DNA of 64,000 bases, taken from positions 544,001 through 608,000 of the forward strand of contig CAVVPN010000011.1 in NCBI GenBank assembly GCA_963750165.1, read 5' to 3'. This document shows positions 22,751 to 33,193 of this stretch, piece by piece. Every line of letters begins with the position of its first letter. Positions within the stretch are counted from its first letter, which is position 1. The DNA is from an uncultured Gemmataceae bacterium. Lineage in GTDB: Bacteria; Planctomycetota; Planctomycetia; Gemmatales; Gemmataceae. The translations under genes were made by a program, and so were the position numbers. The notes below the pieces were generated by a model. It was not told the DNA's origin. It searched no databases and saw only the letters and a list, made by a program, of their open reading frames with translations.

Positions 22751-23646
22751 ATGCACCTCTCGACCGACCGCGGCCCGAGTCGCCGCGCCTTCCTGCAAAC
22801 CGCTGGCGTTACCGCCCTCGGGCTGACCCCGCTGGCCGGCGCCCTGGCCGCCCCCGTGCCCCAGGGAGGCGGCCAGAAGCCCGACCCATTCGGTGGCTTC
22901 ACCGTCGGCATCCAGAGTTACAGCTTTCGCAATTTCAAGCTCGAACAGGCCCTGGAGCGCACCCGCGCCCTGGGGCTGCGCTACGTCGAGTTGTCCCGCG
23001 GTCACGTGCCGCTCACCAGCACCGCCGCGCAGATCAAGGCGGTCCTCGGTCTGTGCAAGCAGTACAACATCACGCCGGTCGCTTTCGGCGTCGAACGGTT
23101 CACCAAGAACCACAACGAAAACCGTCAGAAGTTCGAGTTCGCCCGCAGCCTCGGCCTCCGCTCGCTGACCGCGGACCCGGACCCGGACAGCTTCGCTAGC
23201 CTGGACAAGCTGGTCGCGGAGTTCAACATCAGCATCGCCATTCACCCGCACGGCCCGTCCGGCAAGAACCTGCACCGCTGGTACAACGCCGAGACGATTT
23301 TGACCGCGGTGCAGAAACATCACCGTCTGATCGGCACCTGCCTGGACACCGGCCACCTGATTCGCGCCGCCCAGGCGCCGTTCAACCGCAAAATCGACCC
23401 GGCCCAGCAAATCCGCCACATGGGAGCGCGCAACTTCGGCCTGCACCTGAAGGACCACGACAACGCCAAGCGCACGGACGTGATTTTCGGCAAGGGGGTA
23501 CTGAACGTGCGGCAGGTGATCGCGGCGCTTGCGCGGTCAAGTTCACGGGCTTCATCAGCATCGAATACGAGGCCAACCCCAACAACCCGTCGCCGGACAT
23601 TCGCGCCTGCCTGGATGTGTTCCGCGAGGCGGTGCGGCCCGGTTGA
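22751..23646 (+). CDS. Tat-exported sugar phosphate isomerase/epimerase (TIM barrel), frameshift near 23530
   Basis: SRRAFL Tat motif, IQSYSFR, IHPHG, DTGH and HLKD. The C-terminus VKFTGFISIEYEANP...RPG* is in another frame. Confidence 0.85.
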
Positions 23647-23852
23647 GCGCGTTCCTGATGGCGAGCCGGAACGTCAGTGACCGACTCGCCTCCATCTGGT
23701 TGGTCTTGCTCCGCCGGCTGAATCCCGTTACCAAAAAGCTGTATCATGACCGTATGAGTTCGCCGGCGGACGACAGGGCAGGGGAGGGGAGGGCGAGCAC
23801 ACCTGTTCGCCCCGAGGCACGGTGGCATTCCCAAACCCCACGAGATCGAGCC

Positions 23853-24785
23853 ATGACTGACGATCGGGCCCGCGAGTTGCGGCAGAAGAAGTACAACGCG
23901 ACGGTGGTTGCGCTGCAGAAACCGCAGTCCGAATTGATGATCGTTCGCGTTCGCCCGGACTTCCCGCGGCCGATTCACAAGCCGGGTCAATATTGCACGC
24001 TCGGCCTGGGCTTCTGGGAACCGCGCGTACCCGACTGTCAGCCAGAGATCGTTTCCGCCGCCCAGCAGGAGCAACTCGTCCGCCGCGCGTACTCGATCAG
24101 TTGCAGCGTCCTGGACGAGAACCACCGACTGCTGGATGTCGCCGCCACGGACTGGCTGGAGTTCTACATCGTGCTGATGCGGCAGTCCGGCACGGAGGAG
24201 GCGCCGGCGCTGACGCCGCGGTTGTTCATGCTTCAGGAAAGCGACCGCCTGTACATGGGCGAGAAGATCACCGGCCACTACACGAGCGCTCCGGTGCGGC
24301 CGGGTGACTCGGTGCTGCTGCTGTCCACTGGCACCGGTGAGGCGCCGCACAATTATCTGGTGTGGGATCTGCTGCACCGCGGCCACCAGGGCAAGATCTT
24401 CTCGGCCTGCTGCGTCCGCTACCGCCGCGACCTGGGTTACCTGCCGATCCACGATGCGTTGATGGCCCAGTACCCCAACTATCGGTACATCGCCCTGACG
24501 ACGCGCGAGGCGGACACGATTCATCAAAAAGTCTACATTCAGGATCTCATCACCAGCGGCCAGCTGGAGCAGCATCTGGGCGAGTCGCTGGAGCCGGCGC
24601 GGACGCACGTGTACCTGTGCGGCAATCCAAAGATGATCGGCGTGCCGGTGAAGGACCGGGTGACAGGGGAGCGGACCTACCCGCAGCCGGAGGGCGTGGT
24701 GGAGATTTTGGAGAAGCGCGGTTTTCAACTCGACCAGCCCGCGGCCAAAAAAGTGGGCAACATTCACGTCGAGGAATACTGGTGA
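23853..24785 (+). CDS. fpr: Ferredoxin/flavodoxin-NADP+ reductase family protein
   Basis: RRAYSI FAD motif, STGTGEAP, YLCGNPKMI and C-terminal EEYW. Confidence 0.85.
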   Translation: MTDDRARELRQKKYNATVVALQKPQSELMIVRVRPDFPRPIHKPGQYCTLGLGFWEPRVPDCQPEIVSAAQQEQLVRRAYSISCSVLDENHRLLDVAATDWLEFYIVLMRQSGTEEAPALTPRLFMLQESDRLYMGEKITGHYTSAPVRPGDSVLLLSTGTGEAPHNYLVWDLLHRGHQGKIFSACCVRYRRDLGYLPIHDALMAQYPNYRYIALTTREADTIHQKVYIQDLITSGQLEQHLGESLEPARTHVYLCGNPKMIGVPVKDRVTGERTYPQPEGVVEILEKRGFQLDQPAAKKVGNIHVEEYW

Positions 24786-24798
24786 ACGGGGAAGGGTC

Positions 24799-25663
24799 AT
24801 GGCCGAGGAAATCATTGGCGGGTACAAGCTGCAAAGCTTGTTGATGACGGGACAGAACAGTCAGGTCTGGGAGGTGGTCGAGATCACCAGCCAGCGCCAC
24901 TTCGCCATGAAGTTGTTGCTGCCGGAGAAGATGGAGGGCGAGCCGCGGCGGCTGCTGATCCACGAGGCCGAGGTCGGCCAGAAGCTTGCCCACCCAAACA
25001 TTATCCGCATTGTCCACGTCGAAAAGAGCTCCAAGCAGCCGTTCTTCGTGATGGAGTTTTTCCCATCGGGCAGTTTGAAACTGCGCATCGCTGCGCAAGC
25101 AATTCGACTGGATCAAGGAGCGGGCGCACGGCATCTTCAAGCAGGCGGCGACCGGCCTGGCATACATGAACGCCAGCGGCTGGGTGCATCGCGACATCAA
25201 GCCGGACAACCTCCTGGTGAACAGCGCCGGCGAGGTGCGCATCATCGACTTTGCCATCGCCATGCGCATCCAGAAGCCGAGCTTTTTCGCGCGGCTGTTC
25301 AAGATCAAGCAGCAGGCGCAGGGGACACGGACGTACATGTCGCCGGAGCAGATCCGCGGCGAGTACCTGGACGGTCGGGCCGACATTTACAGCTTCGGCG
25401 CCAGCGCTTACGAAATCGTCACGGGTCGGCCGCCGTTCCGCGCGGCGAGCAACCACGACCTGCTGGTCAAGCAGATCGTGGAAAAGCCGACATCGCCGCA
25501 GGCCCACAACCCGGACGTGAGCGACGAATTCGCCAAGCTGATCCTGCACTGCCTGGGCAAGAAACGCGAGGATCGGCCGCGCGACTTCCACGAGGTGCTG
25601 ATGCGGCTCAAGCAGATCAAGATTTTCAAAAGCGACGCCCCGCTCAAGCGCGACCAGGGGTGA
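24799..25663 (+). CDS. Stand-alone Ser/Thr protein kinase, frameshift near 25095
   Basis: FAMK and HPNII in the first frame. HRDIKPDN, DFA, GTRTYMSPEQ and DIYSFG in the second frame. Confidence 0.85.
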
Positions 25664-25669
25664 AGGCTC

Positions 25670-26665
25670 ATGCCACCGAAAAGCTCGCTGCCGTTTGAAA
25701 AAGAAATCCACGCCATGGAAGAACTGCTGGCCCAGCTGGAGGCCAACGCCGGCGACCAGCTGGGCGGCAGTGCCGAGGTGCGCCGCATGCGCCGGGAGTT
25801 GGCCCAGTTGAAACACCGCATTTACAGCAACCTGACGCCCTGGCAAACCATCCAGGTGGCCCGACACCGTGAGCGGCCACAGACGACGGATTACCTTGAT
25901 CTGATCTTTGACGAGTTCGTGGAGTTGCACGGCGACCGCGCCATCGGCGACGACCGCGCGATTCGTACCGGCTTTGCCCGGCTGGGCGATTATCGCATTC
26001 TGCTGGTCGGCCATCAGAAGGGGCACAACCTCAAGGAGAACAGCGAGTGTCTGTGGGGGTGTGCCCACCCGGAGGGGTATCGCAAGGCCCTGAACAAAAT
26101 GCGCCTGGCGGCGAAGTTTCGGCTGCCGATCATTTGCCTGATCGACACGCCGGGGGCATACCCGGGCATCGGGGCGGAGGAGCGCGGCCAGGCGCAGTTG
26201 ATCGCGACGAACCTGCTGGAGATGTCACGGCTGCCGACGCCGATCATTTGCGTGGTGATCGGGGAAGGGGGGTCCGGCGGAGCGCTGGGCATTGGCATTG
26301 GTGACCGGGTGAGCATGCTGGAGCATGCTTACTATTCGGTGATCAGTCCGGAGGGTTGCGCCGGCATTCTGTGGAAGGTTGCCACGGAGGAAACGCGGCC
26401 CCTGGCTGCGGAGGCGCTGAAGCTCACCGCCCGCGACCTGCATCGGCTGCGGGTCATCGACGACATCATTGCCGAGCCGCTCGGCGGGGCCCACCGCGAT
26501 CACCGCGAGATGGGCAACATTCTGAAAGCCTACCTGCTGCGCTATCTGCGCGACCTCCGCAACCTACCGACGGAGGAACTGCTGGAGAAGCGCTACCAGA
26601 AGTTCCGCCGCATGGGCGTCTTCGACGATGGACTGCAACTCGGCGGGGCCACCGACGAGGCGTAA
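25670..26665 (+). CDS. accA: Acetyl-CoA carboxylase carboxyltransferase alpha subunit
   Basis: ELHGDR, PEGYRKA, IDTPGAYPGIGAEERGQ, GEGGSGGAL and YSVISPEGCA. Confidence 0.97.
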   Translation: MPPKSSLPFEKEIHAMEELLAQLEANAGDQLGGSAEVRRMRRELAQLKHRIYSNLTPWQTIQVARHRERPQTTDYLDLIFDEFVELHGDRAIGDDRAIRTGFARLGDYRILLVGHQKGHNLKENSECLWGCAHPEGYRKALNKMRLAAKFRLPIICLIDTPGAYPGIGAEERGQAQLIATNLLEMSRLPTPIICVVIGEGGSGGALGIGIGDRVSMLEHAYYSVISPEGCAGILWKVATEETRPLAAEALKLTARDLHRLRVIDDIIAEPLGGAHRDHREMGNILKAYLLRYLRDLRNLPTEELLEKRYQKFRRMGVFDDGLQLGGATDEA

Positions 26666-27076
26666 CCCCGACCCGCCGCGCACATTTCGCTGCAAAGCCA
26701 TCGATTGCACCTAAACCCAAGTTATACTTTAACTTGCGGCAAATGCATAACTGAACATAAGATACATTATCGGACCTTTCTGTTCCTCCGCTTGCGACTT
26801 GGCGGACAAACTGCATCCGCAAAGAGACAGCAGTTAACGTCCGATAATCAATATTATGTTAAAATACTTTTCAGCCGTTCCATCGCATGGACGGCTTTCC
26901 AGACCGGTCTTTTTCAGCAGACCCCGTTGCTAACGGTGTCTATATCCTTACAGTAGGTCGGTGCCAGTCACGGAAGGCGTTCCCACCGCAACGGTCGTTT
27001 CAACCGGACGGGACATAGCGATCGTCGGGAAGACAGCGTTTCCTGTGGGTTCTTAACTCTGTGAACGGAGGACAAC

Positions 27077-27535
27077 ATGACGACGCGGAATTGGCGGTTG
27101 GGCCTGGTGGCCTTGGTGGGGTTCGCCGGCGCCCTGTTGCTCGGCGCCACCACCACCCAGGCAGTCCAGGGCGACAAGGTGTACGAGGTCCGCAACGACG
27201 GCCTCAAGATCGACGGCAAGCTAGACGCCAACGACAAGCGCGACGACGTCCGCAAGGGGTCGTACGCCAAGGTGTACCTGGTCAAATTGCAGAAGGACAA
27301 GACTTACACGATCCGGCTGAACAGCCCCGACACCAAGGCCCTCGATCCCTACCTGCGCGTCGAGGACGCCGGCAAAAAGCAACTGGCGTCCAACGACGAC
27401 GACCCGGACGGGATGGGCGATCTGAATTCCAGGCTGGACTTCACGGCGCCCCAGGACGGCACCTACCGGATCATCGCCACCACATTCGGGTCCAATCAGA
27501 CTGGCGACTTCGCGCTGCTCATCAAGGCCAAATGA
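27077..27535 (+). CDS. Secreted PPC (pre-peptidase C-terminal)-like domain protein
   Basis: Signal peptide and DPYLRVED...NDD...NSRLDF...GTYRIIAT. GGAGG RBS. Confidence 0.8.
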   Translation: MTTRNWRLGLVALVGFAGALLLGATTTQAVQGDKVYEVRNDGLKIDGKLDANDKRDDVRKGSYAKVYLVKLQKDKTYTIRLNSPDTKALDPYLRVEDAGKKQLASNDDDPDGMGDLNSRLDFTAPQDGTYRIIATTFGSNQTGDFALLIKAK

Positions 27536-27582
27536 GTCTCGTTCCTCGTTCTTCGCGACCATTTTTGACGACGGAGGAAGAC

Positions 27583-28047
27583 ATGACCAAATACGGTTGG
27601 TGCGTGGGCCTGCTGGCAGTGGCGTTCGGCTGCTCGGCCCTGTCCGCGGCCGCCACGCCCCAGGCCGCGCAGAAGCAGAAGGACAAGATCCACGAGGTTC
27701 GCGTCAAGGATGGCCTGACCGTCAAGGACAAACTCGACGTCGGCGATGACCGGGACAAGAAGTTCAAGGACAGTTACTGCAAGGTCCATCTTGTCCGCAT
27801 GACCGCAGGCAAGACCTACGTCATCCGCATGAACGCCGAGGACGAGGACAAGATTGATTCGGTGCTGCGCGTCGAAGACGCCAAGGGCAAGGAACTCGCC
27901 TGGAACGATGACGCTCCGGGAGAGATGACCCTCAATTTGCGCATCGACTTCAAGTGCGCCAAAGACGGCGTCTACCGCATCAGCGCCACGAGTTTGAACG
28001 ACAACGAAACCGGCAACTTCACCCTGACCGTCAAGCTCGCCGAATAA
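27583..28047 (+). CDS. Secreted PPC-like domain protein (paralog of the upstream gene)
   Basis: Signal peptide and DSVLRVED...NDD...RIDF...GVYRISAT. GGAGG RBS. Confidence 0.8.
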   Translation: MTKYGWCVGLLAVAFGCSALSAAATPQAAQKQKDKIHEVRVKDGLTVKDKLDVGDDRDKKFKDSYCKVHLVRMTAGKTYVIRMNAEDEDKIDSVLRVEDAKGKELAWNDDAPGEMTLNLRIDFKCAKDGVYRISATSLNDNETGNFTLTVKLAE

Positions 28048-28195
28048 CCCCACCCAGTCATTGCGGCACCGCCCCAGAACGGGGCGGTGCCGCCGCTGCC
28101 GCACGCAAATCCAGTTCCGGCGAATTGCCGCGCGACAAATGCGCACCTAGACTTGGGTGGCAAAATCGCCGTCGGAACCAGGCCAGGTGCGTGCC

Positions 28196-29557
28196 ATGAA
28201 CGCCGGGAAGACTGCGCCGCGGGGGGAAATTTATTTGGGCCGCTATGAGGCCCTGCGCCAGATCGGCCGGGGCGGCATGGGCACCGTGTTTCTCGGCCGT
28301 CAACTCGACCAGCCGCGGCCCGTCGTCATCAAGGTCATGCACCCCGAAATCGCTGACAACCCGCGCTTCCGTCAGAACTTCGCCCGTGAAATACGCCTCA
28401 TGGCGTCCTTCCAGCACCCGCACGCCGTCACCCTCTTTGACGCCTCGGTGGACGACCCCGTCAAGCCCTGCATCATCATGGAGTACGTCCCCGGCATCTC
28501 CGTCGCCGACCTGCTCCAGCGTCACCGCCGCCTCACCCCGCACCACGTCGGCCGGCTGCTGGCGCAACTGTGCAAGGTCCTGCAGGCCGCCCATGACGCC
28601 GGCATCCTGCACCGCGACCTCACGCCGCACAACCTGATGGTCATGCACCCCTGCACGCCGCAGGAAACCCTCAAGGTCCTCGACTTCGGCCTGGCCCGCA
28701 TGGGCGCCGCCCCGTACATCGCCCTGGAAAAACTGACCGGCAGCGGCGACAGCATCGGCGGCGGCACCCCCGATTACCTCTGCCCTGAACAAATCCGCCG
28801 CGAGGAGGTCGATCACCGCGGCGATCTGTACAGCGTCGGCGTCCTCCTCTTTCAGATGCTCAGCGGCCGCCTGCCCTTCGACGCCGGCACCGACGTGGCC
28901 GACATCCTCCTGGCCCACCTGGACAAACCGCCTCTTACCTTCGCCGCTGCCGGCGTCGGCCCGCTCGTCACGCCCGACATTGAGGAGGTCGTGCAGGCGT
29001 GTTTGATGAAGTATCCGCGCGAACGGCCGCAGTGTGCCCGCGACCTGGCCAAACGGTTTGAAAAGGCCCTCGGCAAAAAACTGCTCACCGACAGCGAGGC
29101 CGACAAACCCGCCGTGCAGCTGCCGCCCACGCCCCGGAACCACGACCGGCCACACATCAAAGCGCACGAATTGATGGACTGCCTCGAAGCCTGGATGCCC
29201 GAGCAGATCGCCGTGGTCAAGTTGCGCGGCTTCGTCAGCGACCTGGGCGGGGAGGTGATCGAAAGCGAACCCGGTCTGATCCGCGTCCGCCTGCCCGGGC
29301 CCGAGGAGGCGGCCACGGAAGCCCCCCCACAGGGCGGCCTCATGGGCTGGTTTGGCCTGGGGACGCGCGTGAAGGTGCTCCCGACAGTGCTGATGGAACT
29401 GCACCTGGAAAAGAAGCTGGCCAACGGACGCAACCAGCTGCAAATCACCGTGGCCATGCGTCCCGAGCAGGACGAGCACCTCGGCCATCAACCGACGTGG
29501 CGCCCCTGGTGTCAGGGCATCTGCCGCGATCTCCGCGCCTACCTCATCAGCGGCTGA
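28196..29557 (+). CDS. Ser/Thr protein kinase with uncharacterised C-terminal domain
   Basis: GRGGMGTV, VVIK, HRDLTPHN, DFG, GTPDYLCPEQ and DLYSVG. Confidence 0.9.
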   Translation: MNAGKTAPRGEIYLGRYEALRQIGRGGMGTVFLGRQLDQPRPVVIKVMHPEIADNPRFRQNFAREIRLMASFQHPHAVTLFDASVDDPVKPCIIMEYVPGISVADLLQRHRRLTPHHVGRLLAQLCKVLQAAHDAGILHRDLTPHNLMVMHPCTPQETLKVLDFGLARMGAAPYIALEKLTGSGDSIGGGTPDYLCPEQIRREEVDHRGDLYSVGVLLFQMLSGRLPFDAGTDVADILLAHLDKPPLTFAAAGVGPLVTPDIEEVVQACLMKYPRERPQCARDLAKRFEKALGKKLLTDSEADKPAVQLPPTPRNHDRPHIKAHELMDCLEAWMPEQIAVVKLRGFVSDLGGEVIESEPGLIRVRLPGPEEAATEAPPQGGLMGWFGLGTRVKVLPTVLMELHLEKKLANGRNQLQITVAMRPEQDEHLGHQPTWRPWCQGICRDLRAYLISG

Positions 29558-29748
29558 CCATCTCCGAGTTTTCCGCAACTGACCTTGATTCTTTCCTTCC
29601 AATCAGGGATTTTCCTTTCACCTTGAACGACGGTACAGTTCACATGCTCATCATCCGATAGAAAGGGTGCCCAATCTCGGTTGAGAAGCGCGGTCTGCCA
29701 ACGGGCGGCGGCAGCCATCGTCCGCCCAACACTTGAAGGAGGATCCCA

Positions 29749-30231
29749 ATGAGTTCGAAGAACGGCGTCAAACGCATCCCCGACCACATGCACACGCTCA
29801 GCCCGCATCTGGTGATCAAAAACGCCCCCCAGGCCATCGACTTTTACAAGAAGGCGTTCGGGGCCGTCGAGCAGCACACCAGCACGATGCCGGACGGCCG
29901 GCTGCTGCACGCCAGCTTGAAGATTGGCGATTCCGTGCTGTTCCTGGCAGAAGAGTTCCCCGAATGGGGCAGTAAGGGACCGCTCACCCTGGGCGGCACT
30001 CCGGTGACGCTGCACCTGTGCGTCGAGGACGCCGACGCCGCCTTCCAGCAGGCCGTCACCGCCGGCGCCACCGTCAAGATGCCGCCGATGGACATGTTCT
30101 GGGGCGACCGCTACGCCCGCATCATCGACCCGTTCGGTCATGAATGGGCGATCTCGCACCGCATTGAGGATCTGACCCCCGCACAGATGAACGACCGCGC
30201 CCAGCAGTTCTGCGCCAAGATGGGCAAGTAA
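29749..30231 (+). CDS. VOC/glyoxalase (PhnB-like) protein
   Basis: AIDFYKKAFGA, HASLKIGDS and DMFWGDRY...DPFGHEW. Confidence 0.9.
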   Translation: MSSKNGVKRIPDHMHTLSPHLVIKNAPQAIDFYKKAFGAVEQHTSTMPDGRLLHASLKIGDSVLFLAEEFPEWGSKGPLTLGGTPVTLHLCVEDADAAFQQAVTAGATVKMPPMDMFWGDRYARIIDPFGHEWAISHRIEDLTPAQMNDRAQQFCAKMGK

Positions 30232-30342
30232 CCGTCCTTGCCGTGGTGCAGGTGGCCCGCCGCGGAACCGGAGGACAGGCGAGCCGCCTGCACCACGGCA
30301 GTACCTGTTCACTTGCTGTCGGCGGGTGATTATGATGGGGCC

Positions 30343-31635
30343 ATGAGCACTCCCGCGAACCTGGAACGCCATTCCCTCCGTGCCGGCATGGTCGGCACGG
30401 GCATGATCTTCGACGACACCTACCGGCCGCTATTCGAGCAACTGTACCGCAGCGGCCTCTACCGCCGCGACTTCGGCCTGGTGGACGTGGACCTGATCGC
30501 CGTTGCCAGCCGCACCGGCTCCCGGGCGGCGCGCTACCAACAAACCGCCCACGGTCGCATCGGCGATTTCGTCAACTGCTCCGGCCCCGGCGCCGTCGCG
30601 GACCTGCTCCGCCAGCGGCCGGATGTCGTCTGCGTCGCCACGCCGGACGACCGCCACTTCGACGCCGCCCGCCTCGCCCTGGAAGCGGGCAAGCACGTCC
30701 TTATCGAAAAACCCTCAGTGCTGCGGTTGCAGGAACTCGACACGCTCACTGCGCTGGCCGGGCGGCACAACGTTTTGGCCAAGATCGTGTACCACAAACT
30801 GGCCGACCCCGATCACAAGAAATTGCGGACGCACGTGGTCGATGGCGTGCTGCGGCACGTCAACAATGGCTACTGCTCGCTGCTGGAACCGCGGCAAATC
30901 AGCGGCAGTCAGTTCGCCGAGTGGATCAGCGGCCGGAACCCGGGCACCTATGTCGCCGTCCATTACATCAAGCTCATCGACTTCACCTTCGGCCCCGATT
31001 GGCGGCTGACGCGCGTCGCCGCCACGGGGCAGCGCGGCCTGGTCGGGCCGGCGACCGGGCCGACGTGGGACTCCGTGCAGTTGCAACTGGTCTACACGCA
31101 CCCGGACAACCGCGAAGCTGCGTTCGACATCCACACCAGCTGGGTGACGCCGGACAATTTCCCCGGCTACGTTGAGCAGGAGGTGCAGTTCCGCTTCGAC
31201 AACGGCGTCTGGAACGCCCACCAGCGCAAGCGCGGCGTCGAGGTCACGGTCGAGGGCCGCAGCCCGCACGAGATCAAGAACACGCCGAACCACCATTACA
31301 ACGGCACCTTTATCGAGCCGTGGGGCGAGCGCTCACAGCGCGGCTATGGCATCGAGATTTTGCAGCGGTTTCTGGAGGAGGTGGCGTTGGTCGAATACGG
31401 CGGCCCCCCTGCCCTGCGGGCCGAACGTCTGGAGCAGATGCGCTGTCTGTCGTACAACGACCTGACGGCGGATCGCCCCACGGTGGCGGCGGTCCAGGCG
31501 CTGGAGGCGTTGCTCCAGGCCCACGCGGACGGCTATCCGGGCAGCAGCGTGCTCGTCAACGGCCGCGACGGCGGCCTGGTGCTGCGCCGGCCGGGACAGG
31601 TCGAGCCCATCGTCCTGTACCCGGATGTGGTTTGA
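30343..31635 (+). CDS. Gfo/Idh/MocA family NAD(P)-dependent oxidoreductase
   Basis: GMVGTGMI Rossmann motif, VATPDDRH and HVLIEKP. Confidence 0.85.
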   Translation: MSTPANLERHSLRAGMVGTGMIFDDTYRPLFEQLYRSGLYRRDFGLVDVDLIAVASRTGSRAARYQQTAHGRIGDFVNCSGPGAVADLLRQRPDVVCVATPDDRHFDAARLALEAGKHVLIEKPSVLRLQELDTLTALAGRHNVLAKIVYHKLADPDHKKLRTHVVDGVLRHVNNGYCSLLEPRQISGSQFAEWISGRNPGTYVAVHYIKLIDFTFGPDWRLTRVAATGQRGLVGPATGPTWDSVQLQLVYTHPDNREAAFDIHTSWVTPDNFPGYVEQEVQFRFDNGVWNAHQRKRGVEVTVEGRSPHEIKNTPNHHYNGTFIEPWGERSQRGYGIEILQRFLEEVALVEYGGPPALRAERLEQMRCLSYNDLTADRPTVAAVQALEALLQAHADGYPGSSVLVNGRDGGLVLRRPGQVEPIVLYPDVV

Positions 31636-31638
31636 AAC

Positions 31639-32205
31639 ATGGACAGCGCACAAGTGATCAAGATCAGCAAATACCTGAGCAAACACCTGCGGCACCAGCC
31701 CGAACGGCTCGGCCTGGAGCTGGACGCCGGCGGCTGGGTGGCCGTGGACGTTTTGCTGCAGGCGTGCGCCCGCCAGCGCTTCCCGATCACCCGACAGCAG
31801 CTCGACGAGGTGGTGGCGACCAACGATAAGCAACGATTTGCCTTCGACGAGACCGGCTCCAAAATCCGCGCCAACCAGGGGCATAGCGTCGAGGTCGATT
31901 TGCAACTCGAACCCCTGGATCCCCCTGCCCTGCTCTACCACGGCGCGCCCGAGGGCATCGTCCCACTGCTGCTGACGGACGGCCTGGCAAAAATGTCTCG
32001 CCATCACGTCCACCTCAGCGCCGACGTGGCCACTGCGGTCAAGGTCGGCGCCCGCCGCGGCCGGCCCGTCGTCCTGGTCGTGGACGCGGCGGCGATGCAC
32101 CGGGCAGGCCACCTGTTTTACTGCTCCGCCAACGGCATCTGGTTGGTGGACGAGGTGCCGCCGTATTTCCTGCGACGACTCGACTCCGAACAACCAGCCG
32201 GTTGA
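31639..32205 (+). CDS. kptA: RNA 2'-phosphotransferase (Tpt1/KptA)
   Basis: SKYLSKHLRH, DKQRF, IRANQGHS, LYHG and RHHVHLS. Confidence 0.95.
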   Translation: MDSAQVIKISKYLSKHLRHQPERLGLELDAGGWVAVDVLLQACARQRFPITRQQLDEVVATNDKQRFAFDETGSKIRANQGHSVEVDLQLEPLDPPALLYHGAPEGIVPLLLTDGLAKMSRHHVHLSADVATAVKVGARRGRPVVLVVDAAAMHRAGHLFYCSANGIWLVDEVPPYFLRRLDSEQPAG

Positions 32206-32457
32206 TCAAGTGAGCAGAGGATTGGTCTCCGGAAGGATGCCACGAGAGCGGAGGATCCCCAGCACCAAACCCATGTGTAACGGCTCCACCGGGTCGGTCG
32301 GAGTGTGCTCTGGGAGCACGATCATACTCGCGGCCACCTGGGGGTGCTCGAACACCTGCACGCGCTGGCCGCGCACCTCTGCCTGATTCTCCTCGAAGCC
32401 AAGTTCGCGGAGTTTGGCGTACAACCGGCCGTAAGTCAAAACCTTGTCCTTTGCCAT
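32206..32457 (-). CDS. Small hypothetical protein (possibly HicA-like fold)
   Basis: 83 aa with a GGAGG RBS. Starts immediately after the DUF4365 stop. LRELGF...VFEHP...IVLP pattern. Confidence 0.6.
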   Translation of the reverse strand: MAKDKVLTYGRLYAKLRELGFEENQAEVRGQRVQVFEHPQVAASMIVLPEHTPTDPVEPLHMGLVLGILRSRGILPETNPLLT

Positions 32458-32458
32458 T

Positions 32459-33004
32459 TCAGGTTTCCCTCCGCGTGCCGCTGCGAATCTCCTCGGCACG
32501 CTGTAGCTTCCGTTGCCGCATGAGCCGGAAGGTCTGGACGCCCAGGATGTGGTTACGTGGGACGCGCAACCTCACGATTTTTCCCTGGGCCTCCTGCTGC
32601 TGGGCCGCGGTCAGGTCGTGCAGATCGAGCCAGTATGCCTCCGCCAGCCGTGCATCGTACAGGATCAGGAAGACGGGCAGCGGTTCCTCACGCCACAGGC
32701 GATAGTCCTTGGCGCTGACAGGAAAGGAGAATGCCTCTTCTTGAGCCAGTTCGTAGGGTTGAAGGCTGTCGCTCGCTTTCAACTGGAGGAGGACGTAGGC
32801 ACCTTCAATCTGGCCCGCCTCGTTGTAGGTTGTCAACCACAAATCGTAGCCGTAATCGGCGACAATCCGCTGCACCGTGTAGCCACACTTGAGAGCCAGA
32901 CCCTCAACGTGGTGGACGCTCTGGTCCGCGATCACATGCTCGCGCGTTCGCCGCTTGCGGTCGGCTTCTCCGGGGGAAGGACTCTTCGGCGCCTTCTTGG
33001 CCAT
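32459..33004 (-). CDS. DUF4365 family PD-(D/E)XK-like protein
   Basis: KRRTREHVIADQS, DYGYDL, LQLKAS and PVFLILYD...AYW. Confidence 0.8.
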   Translation of the reverse strand: MAKKAPKSPSPGEADRKRRTREHVIADQSVHHVEGLALKCGYTVQRIVADYGYDLWLTTYNEAGQIEGAYVLLQLKASDSLQPYELAQEEAFSFPVSAKDYRLWREEPLPVFLILYDARLAEAYWLDLHDLTAAQQQEAQGKIVRLRVPRNHILGVQTFRLMRQRKLQRAEEIRSGTRRET

Positions 33005-33193
33005 CGTGTGCCGTCCGTAGATTGGAGCTTTTTCCCTTCTTGCGATTGTCTCGTGCAGCCTGATCGAAGTCAATCCCGCAACTGGGCAACTCACGGCGGT
33101 CGGCGACTCCGCCCCGCGACTTTGCCACACCTCCGCTCCGCTTCGCTCCGAGTTTGTTCGTTCCCTCGGCTCAACCTGCCTGATCTGCTTGCC

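Noticed and set aside
28196..29557. Pseudokinase call from HRDLTPHN
   Set aside because: The catalytic Asp, Asn, DFG, Gly loop and Lys are all present, so a single Lys-to-Thr change is not enough evidence.
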